A stretch of DNA of 61,766 nt, the filler included, from Choristocarpus tenellus KU-1152 (Eukaryota > Protista > Phaeophyceae), in NCBI GenBank assembly GCA_964200185.2. It is 12 parts of 12 records of this genome, joined end to end, with 100 filler letters (N's around TTAATTAATTAA, not from the genome) between each part and the next. Parts side by side here need not be neighbours in the genome. Positions count along the whole stretch, not along the records: positions 25,887 to 29,763 come from CAXNAD020017427.1; positions 29,864 to 32,798 come from CAXNAD020023532.1; positions 32,899 to 41,146 come from CAXNAD020004937.1; 9 more parts are not named here. The stretch is one strand, 5' to 3'. The notes beneath the pieces were generated by a model. It had not been told where the DNA came from, searched no databases, and was given only the letters and a program-made list of their open reading frames with translations. Numbering within the stretch: position 1 is the stretch's first letter; each line of letters begins with the position of its first letter. Shown one piece after another: positions 26,888 through 39,135 of this stretch. The translations under genes were made by a program, and so were the position numbers.

Positions 26888-29419
26888 ATTAGGGTCGGGG
26901 ATAGATTGATAGGCAGCACCTTTAAGGGTCGGGGAAGAGTGAAAAAAAGTATAGAGTCAGCACAAATAATAAAATAAAATAAAATAACATCAACAAATCA
27001 AGGCAAATGAACCGGCTCCTTTGGAGGTATTCCTCCAACTCCTACGGATTGTAACTAGAAAAACTTATGAAAGGTAACTTATGAAATTTTCATCAGCCTC
27101 GTAAAAAGAAACAAAAAGCAACATAGAAAAAAGAACCAATACAGGGTATGTAGCATCTATTGACCAATCAACCAGCTGCCTTCGTTTCCTTTTCTGGTCA
27201 TGCTGAGGTATACCCTATTCACGAGGTATCAATGTGGGGTTTTTCACAATCAAGAGAAGGACGCACCTGAGGTATATAGAACACACAAATTTGTTTAATA
27301 TTCTATTTTACACCAATCACAGCGTAGGCTCGCTGTCTGACTCTAAATATAATAAATATAACAATGGTTGATATTATGCCAACACTGATCTATATATAAA
27401 AGCGCTAATAATTATTATTCTACCAACACAGATTGAAACATAATAATAATATTATTCCAGACACTGATCAAAATACAAAAATGATGCACACCTGAGAGGA
27501 GTTACAACACATTGGGTCTGAGAAGGTATCTGTGGGCAATGTTGAGACCATCCCCAATCACACTTGAAAGGGAGGTCGCGGGAGACCTGAGCAAGACCCC
27601 AAACCTTCAGTTAACCCTGAATATAGTGTAATCCTCGACCTTCAGTTCTCCATAGATGGGACCAGTCTCAGAAAAGAGTCACATTCCCCAAGATTCAACA
27701 TTTTTTCATTTTTTCGTGTGGGGAACATGTCCTGTCCTCTCATGTCTTGCTGACTGAGAGCTTTCGATTGGTCTAATGTCAAGAATGTTACTTTGAATCA
27801 ATAATGTGTGAGAGTGGTAACCACTAACAACAATACTATTACTATTACTATTATTATTATTATTATTATTCATAATAAAATAAAATTACCAATAATAATC
27901 AAATATTAAATTATGATAATAGTAAAAGATTGGAGTAGCAAAGGATTTCTTGTGAAGTAGTAACAGAGAGTAGTAGTAGTAGTAGTAATAACAATAATAA
28001 TAATAATAATGATAGTAGTAGTAATAGTAGTAGTAGTAGCAGTAATAATAATAATGATAGTAGTAGTAGTAGTAGTAGAAGTAGTGGTAGTAGTAGTAGT
28101 AGCAGCTGTGAGTGATGCTCTAGGTTATGTGACTTAGGGTAGCAGCCCATGGGAATTATAATCTCTTACAATAAACCCTAACCCTAATCCTAAGAAGTCA
28201 GTAATGTCCTGCCAACAAATCCCCCATCTCCCACCGATAAAAATAATAATATTGGTCGCTAGCCAGTACTCAGTAATTTTCTTACAACAAGCGAAGAAAA
28301 TTCAGACAAAAAAAAAATCGGCGGCATGGGATCAGTGGATTGGAATGGCGATGTAAGTTATACCTCCAATATGCACATATACCGATGATGGAAAGTTTTC
28401 AATTTTACTTACTTTTCTACTGACTCTATCGCCTCCAAATTTACTTTCCTACCTACAGCAGTACATATTTATTTGTATTATTATTTATATTATTATTAAA
28501 TTCACAATAGTCTGAGAGGTCTCGAGATCCGTGTTCAAAAAGGTATTGTTAGTGTTAAAAAGCTAGTGTTCATGACAACAAGAAGAGAAGGAGAGTTGTT
28601 TGAATCCAACCCTAACCCTAACCCTAACTGAGTAAAAAAAAAAGTTCTTGGGGAGTGGAGTAAATCATGCTTAGTGTACTCTATTTACATTTACATTATA
28701 GAGTGAAGAGAGAGAGAGAGAGAGAGAGAGAGATGTGGACAACCAAACACTAACATTTATATTACTACAAATATTAACACTAACATTAAGATCAACATTG
28801 ACACTATTATTATTACCATGAAAATATGCTGTCAGTGCATTATTTGTTGCCTTGCTTAGAATACTTATCAATACTGACTCTATTATCAATACTGACTCTA
28901 TTATCAAGACACCGTAGGGTCATAAGAACCACCTCTTACAACTATAACCTTCAATTCCTTAGCCAGAAATTTCCCAGATCAATATCACTATCTCAAGGTG
29001 TAACCATCAGAAATAATAAATAATAATTACAAAAAAAAACAAAAACCGATTTGATCAACAATAACAATAAAAATAATTGGCAGTAAGAACAAAAATTGGA
29101 AAAATAATACAAAGCATTATTATTACAAAAAAAACTCATGTATGTATGTATGTATGTATGTATGTATGTATTATGTACCTTCATAGCAGCCAAATGATCT
29201 TCTGCCATCAAGAGGTGCGCCCACCGCCTCTCAATATCCTGACACTCCCGCCTTGCTCCTTCTTGCCTCAGTATCGTCTCTTCAGCACGAACATCCACAG
29301 CCCCAGCTGCCCAGTCATCTGTGAAGCCATCTGCTGATGTCACTCGACCAATGCCTGTTTGCCACACTGTACCCAGGAGGCTGGACAATGGCTCTGTAGC
29401 CCTCGACTTGTTCCTCAGC
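26707..29419 (-). CDS. Internal exons of an unknown, probably coiled-coil, protein
   Basis: Exons 29419-29179 (LRNKSRATEPL...AEDHLAAMK) and 26796-26707 (VELLRSVELMEMRRHDRSQSEANRLRVHVE); GC-richer than flanks, bounded by AG/GT, phase-compatible. Confidence 0.6.
27832..28106. repeat. Compound trinucleotide microsatellite (ATT/AGT/AAT)
   Basis: Directly visible; explains the poly-Leu ORF 27911-28150. Confidence 0.9.
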
Positions 29420-29547
29420 CTGCAATTACGAAGGATGGAAAATACTCCCTCCATGATTGGCTGAGATGCACAAACCTGAAAAAAATGGAATATTTATATA
29501 TGTATATATGTACAATAAAATAGACGCACACATTTTTACATTAGCTG

Positions 29548-29580
<33 letters not shown>

Positions 29581-29863
29581 TCTACAGCATACTACAGCAA
29601 AGGATGGTACAAGAAATTATTATCATTTTCACGTGGGTATCTTTCAAAATCACATCACTAGGTTACCTCAAAACCTCTACCAAATCAAACCTAGCCTAAC
29701 TACACTAACCCCGACCCCAACCCTAACCCTAACCCTATGCAAAAGCAAAACCGCCACAAACGCNNNNNNNNNNNNNNNNNNNNNNNNNNNNNNNNNNNNN
29801 NNNNNNNTTAATTAATTAANNNNNNNNNNNNNNNNNNNNNNNNNNNNNNNNNNNNNNNNNNNN

Positions 29864-31783
29864 TGAGGGTTTAGATTATCAAGATACCTTTGCACCAACA
29901 CCGTCCCCTACATCTTTGAGAATGGTTTTAGTTTTAGCTGCAGACAAGGATTGGAAATTGAAACATTGGGATGTGAAACAAGCATTTATAGAGTGAAAGT
30001 ATCTTAGAGGGTACAAGTTTCGCCGTTTTTGTCCGTTTGCGGCTTGGCTTCCCACGTTTTTTTATGACGTTTCCCTATTCTGAAATGTTTTGGAGTAGGT
30101 AAAATGTGTACGTTTTTGGAGTAGGCATCATGTGTATGTCTAAAGTAAGGATATTGACACTTCCTAACAAACAAGATAGTCAAAATTACATCGAAAAGAC
30201 AACATTGGATTTTGGTCCCCAAATGGACGCGGCTCTACCCTCTAAGATACTTTGACTCATACGAGCAGATATTAGTGAAGAGATTTTGTTCGTTTAAGTG
30301 ATGGATGTGGTGTATGGTCTGGAAATATTGTGCGTTTGATAAAAGCACTTTATGGCACCAAACAAGCAAACAGAGAATTCAATAATCTGTTGGTGCACGT
30401 TTTGGAAAAGTGTGGTTTTGAGTAATGCAAAGCAGACCCTTGTGTGTTACGCTATATAAGAGATGGTGTTGTTGATGCGGTGATAGCCCCCCACGTAGAT
30501 TATCCTTTGGTAGCTGGTAAAATTGATTTTTTGATTTGGGTTCGCTCTAGGATTAGAGAGCAGTTTTCCATAGAAGATTTTGGCGATATTGAGTATTATA
30601 TGGGTTGTGAGATTTCACGTGACAAAAATGCACAGACTGTTACCATCAGTCAGACTAGGTACATTAAGAGTGTTTGTCAAAGATTTGGTATGGATGGGGC
30701 AAAGAAGAGGTCGATACCACATGATCTCTCAAGGGCTCTAGACAAGAGTGAGAATAATCGAAGTGTTGATGAAAGTACACCGTACAGAGAGGCAGTTGGT
30801 AGTTTGATGTGGGCATATGTTTCGACAAGGCTTGACATTGCAAATACAGTTCGTGAAGTTGCCAAATACAGTAGCAATCCCAAAGTCACTCATTGGCGTG
30901 CAGTGAAATGTATTTTAGCATATTTGAATACGTGTCCCAGTGTTGGATTGAGTTTTGGTGGTTTTAATACTGAGTGTGAGTTGAGTGCGTATGCTGATGC
31001 TAGTTATGCTGGAGACTGGAATGATCGTAGGTCAGTGACTGGAGGAGCGATTATGTTTGCAGGAGGAGCAATATCTTGAATGTCAAAGGTGCAAAGAGTT
31101 GTAGCTCTGTCTTCCACAGAGAGTGAATACATAGCACTTAGTAGTGTGGCACAGGAATTACTTTTCTTGAGAAGTGTTTTCGAGTTTATTCAGTCACAGT
31201 TTCCTAGGCATTGCATTGATTTGTTTGAGGATAATGATGGTGCATGCAAATTAGTACGAAAAGCCACAAGCTCTACTAGAACAAAGCACATCGATGTCCG
31301 ACATCATTTTTTAAGGGATTTATCTAGAAAAGGAGAGATTCGTGTTGTTTTTGTTGGTACAGCAAACCAGAGGGCAGACGTCTTGACCAAGAATATGCCA
31401 GTTCTAGTTATTAGATAACATGTGAAGTTTTTGATAAACATGTGACACAACGTTTGTTTTGATTTGATTTGATTTGATTTTTTTATGATTGTTTGAGAGT
31501 TTATACTTGTTTTCAGCAAGGGGAGGATGTCGAATAACCTAGTGTTATCCTTACGTTGTTTGTGCTGACACAAGTATACAACATAGGTTATACGTATGTT
31601 TATATTTGGTTAGGTATGATACAGAATACATACGTATATAAAAATATAATAATAGTCAACATTAATCCACACGTCAGTGATGATGGATGGTTGAAAGGCA
31701 ATTAATAATTCAGTGTGTGCTTTAACATGTAATTCAACTGCTAGCTTCCGGCGACGAGCCTCATGTGCGCCAAGCTTCTCAAC
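29864..31783 (+). mobile_element. Ty1/Copia relic: RT, RNase H, PPT and 3' LTR
   Basis: TFAP, WDVKQAF, KALYGTKQA, HVDY (decayed YVDD), PYREAVGSLMW, YADASYAGD...RRSVTG, SSTESEY, EDN, RTKHIDVRHHF, ADVLTK; in-frame stops; PPT 31518-31527; LTR ~31528-31783. Confidence 0.93.
29991..30258 (+). mobile_element. MITE family A full copy inside Copia RT, 3-bp TSD ATA
   Basis: Removing the element plus one ATA restores KQAFI-RADISEE. Confidence 0.95.
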
Positions 31784-32798
31784 TTTTCTGCTAAATCCTC
31801 CAGTTCCTCTCCCCCCCACCATGTGAGTAGCCAGCTCATCCAGGAAGCCTTCCGCTTGCTTGCCAAGGCGCCCAAAACATTCCACCGCGAAGGTGTTGAG
31901 GTTATAACCACGAGGATCAAAGGAGCCCTCGTGGTGGGTAGGCTTTCGCGCCTCGGCTGCAGCAGCAGCTACACCATTGCTGGTGGATGAGTGGGTTAGG
32001 TGAGAGATTGCCTGTACCTCTGCGAAGGTGACATCTAGCAGAAGGCCTTTGTCCCTGTAGGGAGCTGTTCCGGCATCCGCTAGTGCCCCTGCATGAAACA
32101 CCAGATCCGTGCGAAGATTCCCGTCCACTGTGAAAGGGCTACCGCCCTCCATAGTACAAGGGATGCCCATTCCCTTGCAAAGTTGGTGCAGGTGTTTTAC
32201 CATTGGAGCGTGCTGTCGTACTTGCCCCCTTGCCCTGGGGCAGGTATGGGCATGTCTGGTATCAATGCTTTGCCTCCTGCTCCCTGCCACTGGGCACTTG
32301 TTGGATAGGGCCTCCTCCCTCCCTAGGGATCTGGTTACTGTGAGCTTGAATTCCAGAGGGGGGATCTGGCATGCTGGTTCCAGAGGTTGAGCCAAGGCCC
32401 AGGCGTTTGCCCCTCGTCCACACTGGCTCCGGTGGCGCACTAGGGCCAATGAAGAGCTTTCCCCCCCTTGGTGTGCCTCACTTGGAAGGCCAGCCAATTG
32501 TGTCCAGAAGGAGTCAAAACGGATTTTGTTGAGGAGGCGTGTGATCTCATGTTGAGCCCTCCTTGTGATCCTGGCGTCATGGGTAGCTAGGATATGTACC
32601 TCTGGGGCAGGTGCAGGGGATGTTGTTCCCCCCCTGGTTACCCAGTCTTGGTCAACGATTTCGGCAAGGTCTTCTGGGGGGACACCTGTGGCTAGGAGGA
32701 AGTGAATGGATGTTCCTAAGACCTGAATGGTGGGGCTCGTGCAGATAGCTTGCGAGAAGGACTCACCATGAGGCCCTCGCTGCCTTGCGGGGAGGGTG
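31784..32798 (-). mobile_element. CRE-like non-LTR retrotransposon fragment (zinc knuckle and restriction-like endonuclease)
   Basis: DTRHAHTC, LRTDLV, LLDVT, AAAAEARK and FAVECFGRLGKQAEGFLDELA match the RLE-type C-terminus. Confidence 0.8.
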
Positions 32799-33084
32799 NN
32801 NNNNNNNNNNNNNNNNNNNNNNNNNNNNNNNNNNNNNNNNNNTTAATTAATTAANNNNNNNNNNNNNNNNNNNNNNNNNNNNNNNNNNNNNNNNNNNNCT
32901 TTCCGCGCACCATTTTGGGTCAAACCCATCCTCCATAGTATGCCATATCCTCAATTTTGGTGAGAGGCTGCTATCTGTAGATAGCACTCACCATTTTATC
33001 AACACGAATGAAATGATTTGTCCCCATGTGTTGAGAGAAGAAATTATTGCGTATTGTTAATCTGTCCCTAACTCATCTCCATAC

Positions 33085-33233
33085 ATACACAAATCTTACG
33101 TTCTGATTTGAAAGGAAAGTACAATCGTCGTGCACAAATTTTAGGCTGTGATTTAATACGGGAAGAACAATCGCGTACAAATCTTACGTTGTGATTTAAT
33201 TGGAGAGGACAATTGTGGACAAATCTTAGGTTA
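33085..33233. repeat. Degenerate ~43-bp tandem repeat, about 3.5 units
   Basis: acaaatcttacgtt.tgattt...acaat recurs. Confidence 0.75.
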
Positions 33234-36200
33234 TACTACGACTATAATTACATACAATGAGTCCTCAGGTCCCTTCTTAGTCTATGATGATAGTACAAAT
33301 AATATCATGTATGTAGAGTACTGACTTTCATCTCTGCTTGTCGTGTCCCCGAGTTTGATACCTGATGGGGTCGCTCTTAACTTCTATGAAGCTGAACACA
33401 TGTAACTATATATCGATTGATGATCAGTGCTCGAATATCGCGTATCGGTACCACCATTCCTCCTCTACAAAAACATGTACAAATATTTGTCGTACCACTC
33501 GCTCGTCTATGCAACATATACAAATATTTGTCCGTATCACTCCCCTATTTATCTGCGAAACATGCACAAACGGTTCCTTGATATAAATACATTGATTTGA
33601 ATCCCTCGATACAATTATTTGTGCTTCTGAGCACAAGTTGTACAAATCACAGTGTGTTCATTTGTCAACATCTCACCATGTTGTGGGAAGATTTGTCTCA
33701 CACCACTCTCTTCTCGTCAGAAAATATGAATGGGTACATATGATTGGAATCTACCAATTACCGAGTTGACTCCAAAATATTTGACTTGTGAGGATGTGCC
33801 CCGATGTCCATAACTCAGATTTATAACAGGAACAACCCTTGATTTGTTGGAAATAGACTGATTTGTACGATGCAAATCGGATTTGATTTTTCCCATGCGT
33901 GAAAGATGATTCAAAGGAGGAAATGGAAGGTACGAGTGAGTGTTGGGAGTGCTGAACCCAACTCCCCAGAAGCAAAGTAGGAACGGGGAGGCAGTGCAAT
34001 TATTAGTCGTATAGTGCAACAGATAGCCAGTGATAGTAAGAGAAGTGGTGGAGTGTATTGTGCCTCAGACCACAGCTCAGAATCATCCTCACTAACTAAT
34101 GTGTGACAACTAATAATATAACTAAACAAAAACAAATACTCCAGGAGTACAAAACAAAAACCCCTATACTTCCAGTATTTCGTTTCAATCCTCAGGAAAT
34201 ACATGAGAGTCAGACTATAAGAAATGAGTGGAGCGGTCCTCCCTAATAAATGGAACCAGCATGTTATGTATGTAGTGAGGGAATTAGGTAGGATAAAAAT
34301 CCTGTGATTGGCAATGAGATACACCATCAACTTTGTGTTGATGCAGATTGGTTGGAACAAACCTCTGTGTCCAACTTCTGTATGAAATAGATACAGATTT
34401 AAGGTTGTGGCATGATTATTAGGTGGATTGTGCATACTTCCCAGTATTGTGCTTAGACGCCTCGCCATGAAGCTTTGGATGATGCAAGCTTGCGGGCCCA
34501 AATAACGCATCAAACCACGTGCTTTTGAAGTGGATTGCTGCTGGGAAACAATGGAAGCCCACGATTCATGACAAGGATAAACATGAGCTGGCTCAGCCCA
34601 ACACTTGATGAAACACCTCAGAGCGATGTTGTAGCCAGTCCTCTTCCACATACTTTTGCTCATGGGTACCCCATACACTCGAAGGCTTCATGGAGGTTGC
34701 AATGTCGTTGAGCTGGTTCAAGATTTTTTTTTCTTCTGCATGATTCCTGTCCAGCGTACAAGAACCACTGCAATGCAGTGTTTCTCTGATGGACTCCTAC
34801 CTGTCCCCTCTTGCTCTACCCCGTTTGATTGCCTTTCCCACAACCAAACTTACCTGACTGTTCCATCTATTGTAGAGGCAAACTTATACTTGCGAATATA
34901 AAAGATTTGGTTAAATCAGAGTATATCGACTCCACAACCTTCAACATATTCTAACAGAACTGATATGTGCATGAAGTGAGAAGTGCGACATAGTGAGCAC
35001 TGAGAGGGAATTTCAGTAGAAATCACTATACACAAATAAGCAACTCTTCCCAATCCAATCAGACCCTTTCAAGATTCAATGTGTGATCATACTGACCAAT
35101 TGGATCACAGTGATTCAATTGCTATGATCTACAACACGAGCTCTACACCAATGTATGGGCCTATCCATAAAAAAAGTTACTAATGTGAATATGGTGCATG
35201 TAATTTGCCCTCCAACCTTTACACATGAGAGGGGGAATAGAATTTTGGTCCATTCTCTTACGTGGACATTCCTCTTGCTGACCCAATTCTTGCAGGTTGG
35301 AGATGTGTTTCCATTGCTACACCTCAATGTGCTAAAAAAAAAATCACAATGTGTTTGTGGGGGAAAAATCCGTAACAAACTTCCGCAGTGCTGCTATTGT
35401 GGTGCAAGGGACTGTGAGATTACAACCTATACAATTCTTGAGGGTGGCTGGTATGGTGAGGAGGGATTGATCAGGAAAAAGGAGCTGGGACGGGGGACCG
35501 GATTTGTTGGTGCTATGATTTGGATTGGTTTGGCATGTCCATGTGTTGAAGTTCCATGCTCTCGGAATTTGTATCACTGAGACATTGTTGCCATCAGCTG
35601 AAGGGGTTACAACAACTAGCAATTAAGTTGAACAAAGTATCTAAACTCAACACCAGGAAAGCTCTTGATACAAAATGTAGGGACACTGCAAAGCCACAAT
35701 GGTGTGTAGCTGCATCGGCTATAGAAATATATTTCTATTCTGCGAGCAACAGGTGGTGATAAGTAGTTTCTGTTGGAGGTGATGACTGTTAAATTGACGT
35801 TCTCGCAGGAATATAGTTTCACTTATGGGGGGTGGCAGGGGATGGGCATCCATCAACAGGGGCCTCATTAGCATCTCTTCTGTTGGCTGTGGCGTTCATA
35901 ATGAAGAGTAGCATACATGAAAGCTACCATGCATTCAGAAATATGCTTTGATTCAATGGTTTGCAAATAATATCGTCCCCTTACCACAGCAGTGTCTCCA
36001 CTATATGTGCCTTGCAAAAGGCTAATGCACAGTCATGTGGGGGCGAGTGTTGAGGGGGATGCTGAACTTGGGATGTCTATTTGAATACAAAGATCGAACA
36101 GACTTGCTCTTGACATCATGACATCATCACTGTTGTGTATTGCAAGATGGCTTTGCTATGTCTGACCCTACTGCTGCTCGAAACCTTTGGGCTCACAGGC

Positions 36201-36612
36201 CAGGACAAGAACGATGCAGGGTGTGCTGGCAGCCTAGCAAAAAGACCCCCTATCATAAATTGTTTTTCTTGATCCAAAATTCATGCAATGTCATACACAA
36301 GGCACTGGCAATATTTTGAAAACATTCGCCGGGCAAGAGAAAAAGTAGGCTGAGACCCTTGTCTGCATGAGTGACTTAATGATCTTGGACAGACTCATGA
36401 GCACCCACAGCTGATTTCAACAGTAACATGACTAGCAAAACAGCTTAAAGGACTTCCCATATATGATCCCCATTCTCACACGAGTAGGAAAAATTATAGC
36501 GGCGACCACCAAGCTTATAAAACGTAGACTGTAAAAGCCATTGCAATTGTATGTAATCAGGCGTCTGTATTCTTGTGCCTTTTTTCTAAAAAGTTCTACA
36601 CTCATACATGGG

Positions 36613-37997
36613 TCACGCCCCTGAGATATCTGTCAGAGGCAGTCCCATAGATCCTGGACGACTGCTCTGGGCACTCTTGTGATCCTCTCGGAAGCTCCCG
36701 TATTGTGCCTGTTCGTGACATGCACAGAAGATGATGAGGATGTCATTGCCTATGAAGGCGATCCATGCAGAAATGGATCAAAGAACATGGCCAGGTCTGG
36801 TATCGTCTGGTATCGAGACAAGTCACTAGTGCAGCAGCAATGTTGACACGAGTTTTAGCTTCAAATCGGATAAGCAAGGCTTTTGTGTGGTGCGGTAACT
36901 TTCTATTCAAAGTAATCTCATTAAATAATCTTAAGGCTCACAATCAGGACTACTACTATGTAGCCAGGCTGTAGTCCGAGTTACGGATTGCTTTAACCCT
37001 AAGTTGTTGGCGAGAGGTGGCGAATGCTTACACTGTGCCGAGGGATGCACAAATTGATGTAGCAGTAGGGCTGCTCATGTTCTCGTGTGTCATGTATGTG
37101 TTGTGGAAGGTGGGGCGGGTTGTCGAGTTGGTAAGACGCTATACGAACTTGCACTATTTTCAACCAGAGAAAGTAATACGGGACTTACCTCATACATCTT
37201 TTCTCCCACACCGAGCTCAAGTTCAACCCCAGGACCAATAATACTTGCTGAGCAGGTAAGTACAAAACCCATCTCCGTCACTGCTGGATCCAACACCGCA
37301 GCCTCGAGATGGACATTTTCCCGCCCTCCAGTTACCAACGCCGCACACCTGAAGTAACAAAAGATGGAATTATGTTGCAAGATAGAGTGGTTACCCTTAG
37401 ATGGAGCGGGTAGGTGTGAGAGGAAGCTGGAACAAAGCGAAAACCTCAAATTGAAGGTGGTTTGTTGGAGCTTTCCTGTTGTAGGAGATAACCACGACTC
37501 GTTGTAGGTTTCTGTTCAAATGGCTCGTTGAAGGGAGGGTAAAAGTGGAAACTCATCTAAAGGTAGGTAGGGGATGTATGATACGATGTATCAGGAAACT
37601 CTGGTGGAGCATTCGAACATCATGTCAACAATCAAAGACAGTGGTATGTAGCTGGCTGGACGCAAAGGGCATCGTTTATCCATACGATTAACAATCAAGA
37701 GGGGAATAGATGCAGAGTCAATATCACCCTCGGCTCTCACTCGGTGCATAGTCCAGATCTACAGCTATGTGGAGCATCGACATCGTGCTCTTCAAGAGCC
37801 ACCAGGATGGTTTTGTCTTCGTCAATGGACAACGTCTTGGTCTCGGCACCGCCAGGAAGTTGCACCTTCACATCGTGAGCAAGGAAAAATCTGTTCCTTA
37901 ACACTGAAGGCCAAGGGGTGGGGACCAAAAAGGAAGAGCTATCATTTATCCGGAGTACGGCAACCAAGGCTAAAAGGGAGCCAGCAGGGTACCACAT
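36613..37997 (-). CDS. Plastid-targeted 2Fe-2S ferredoxin with C-terminal extension (FdC-like), complete, 170 aa
   Basis: Exons 37997-37741, 37348-37189 and 36708-36613 join in frame (513 nt); CRSGLCTEC...GFVLTC cluster motif; N-terminus MWYPAGSLLALVAVLRINDSSS-FLVP resembles a signal peptide with Phe at +1. Confidence 0.9.
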
Positions 37998-39135
37998 GCT
38001 TGTATGGCAAGGAATGTGTGAACAACTCAAGTTTGAAATTGACATGATCATGAAATCTCGTAGGGTTAGGGATATTGCAGTCGTCCACGCGGAACTGGGA
38101 ACTGCAACGATACATGTTAGTTGTGGCAACAACAATCAACAGACACCATTGTGTGGTAGACCATACCTTTCCTTCTGTATTGTAAACCAAGGAAGTGTGA
38201 GGTCGTGTATCGATAGTGGCATTGGCAGAGTGGGTAAAAGATGCGTCGTCGACCAGCAGTTTTTGGCATGACCATCGCCTTGACCTGTTCCTTGGTCGGC
38301 TCTCTGCCTGTGGTCGCAACTACAGCAGTGTCACCTCTGAAGTACTTTCCAGTTGAGGTCAGTATCGAACCGTACGGATGAAACGTGCTGTCTGGATGCA
38401 ATGCATGCTTCGTACGTAGCACAGTGCTCGCTCGCACTCTCGTCGCGTCTTGTACCTTTTCCCGCACTCGTCGATTGCTGGACCCATCTTTTTAGATCGA
38501 TGTTAGTCAAGTCTTTCCTTGTTGGCTGATAAAGGAAATGCTTGTTGGTTAATTGTATGCTGTGTGATGTGGCATTCGATCACTCGTTATACGCGCTGGT
38601 CCACGGTTACACTACCCATTGTGTGCACCTGTGGACTGGTGCAGGTACCATTCATGGCAATTACTATCACATAACACATATGAATGCTTTGAACATCCAT
38701 CATGCCCACAAGTGACCCTAATTTCATTCCTGATTGCTCTAAAAAAATCTTTTTCCTTCTCTTTTACGGTCCTTGTCAAAGGATTTCACAGGGGATGCTC
38801 GGAAGGGAAACCCTCGCATTTTTGGCCAGATGGGAGGGTGCAGATCCGTAGAAAAGGTGAACAGGCGAATTCTTTTGGGAATGAACAGGAGCAGACACCG
38901 GATTGCTGGTTCTTAGACAGATTTCATCTCGTTTCTCTCAATGGAACTGCGTTGCATACGCTGAAACGGATGTCGAATGCTTACCTATATGCCGTCACCC
39001 GTCCTCTTATATCCTTTGCGTAGGATGCTTTTTCGTGTCAACCTCGACCTCACCGACAGTAGGTCATGAGTTCTCTTTTCCCTTTGTATAAGCTACAAAA
39101 GACCAACACTGAGACAATTATGCCTCCTGACACAG

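Noticed and set aside
27911-28150. Poly-Leu membrane protein ORF
   Set aside because: Translation of a trinucleotide microsatellite.
31077-31079. TGA read as Trp (alternative genetic code)
   Set aside because: Intact host genes use TGG for Trp and TGA as stop, and the Copia copy has other inactivating mutations.
33085-33233. CRISPR-like array
   Set aside because: Units are degenerate along their whole length and the intervening parts resemble each other.
33911-34678. 255-aa minus-strand ORF as a gene
   Set aside because: No recognisable motif; more likely the antisense of a decayed plus-strand coding relic.
38117-38467. Extra upstream coding exon of the ferredoxin
   Set aside because: The Met at 37997 already begins a plausible signal peptide; the upstream donor at ~38166 could at most mark a UTR intron.
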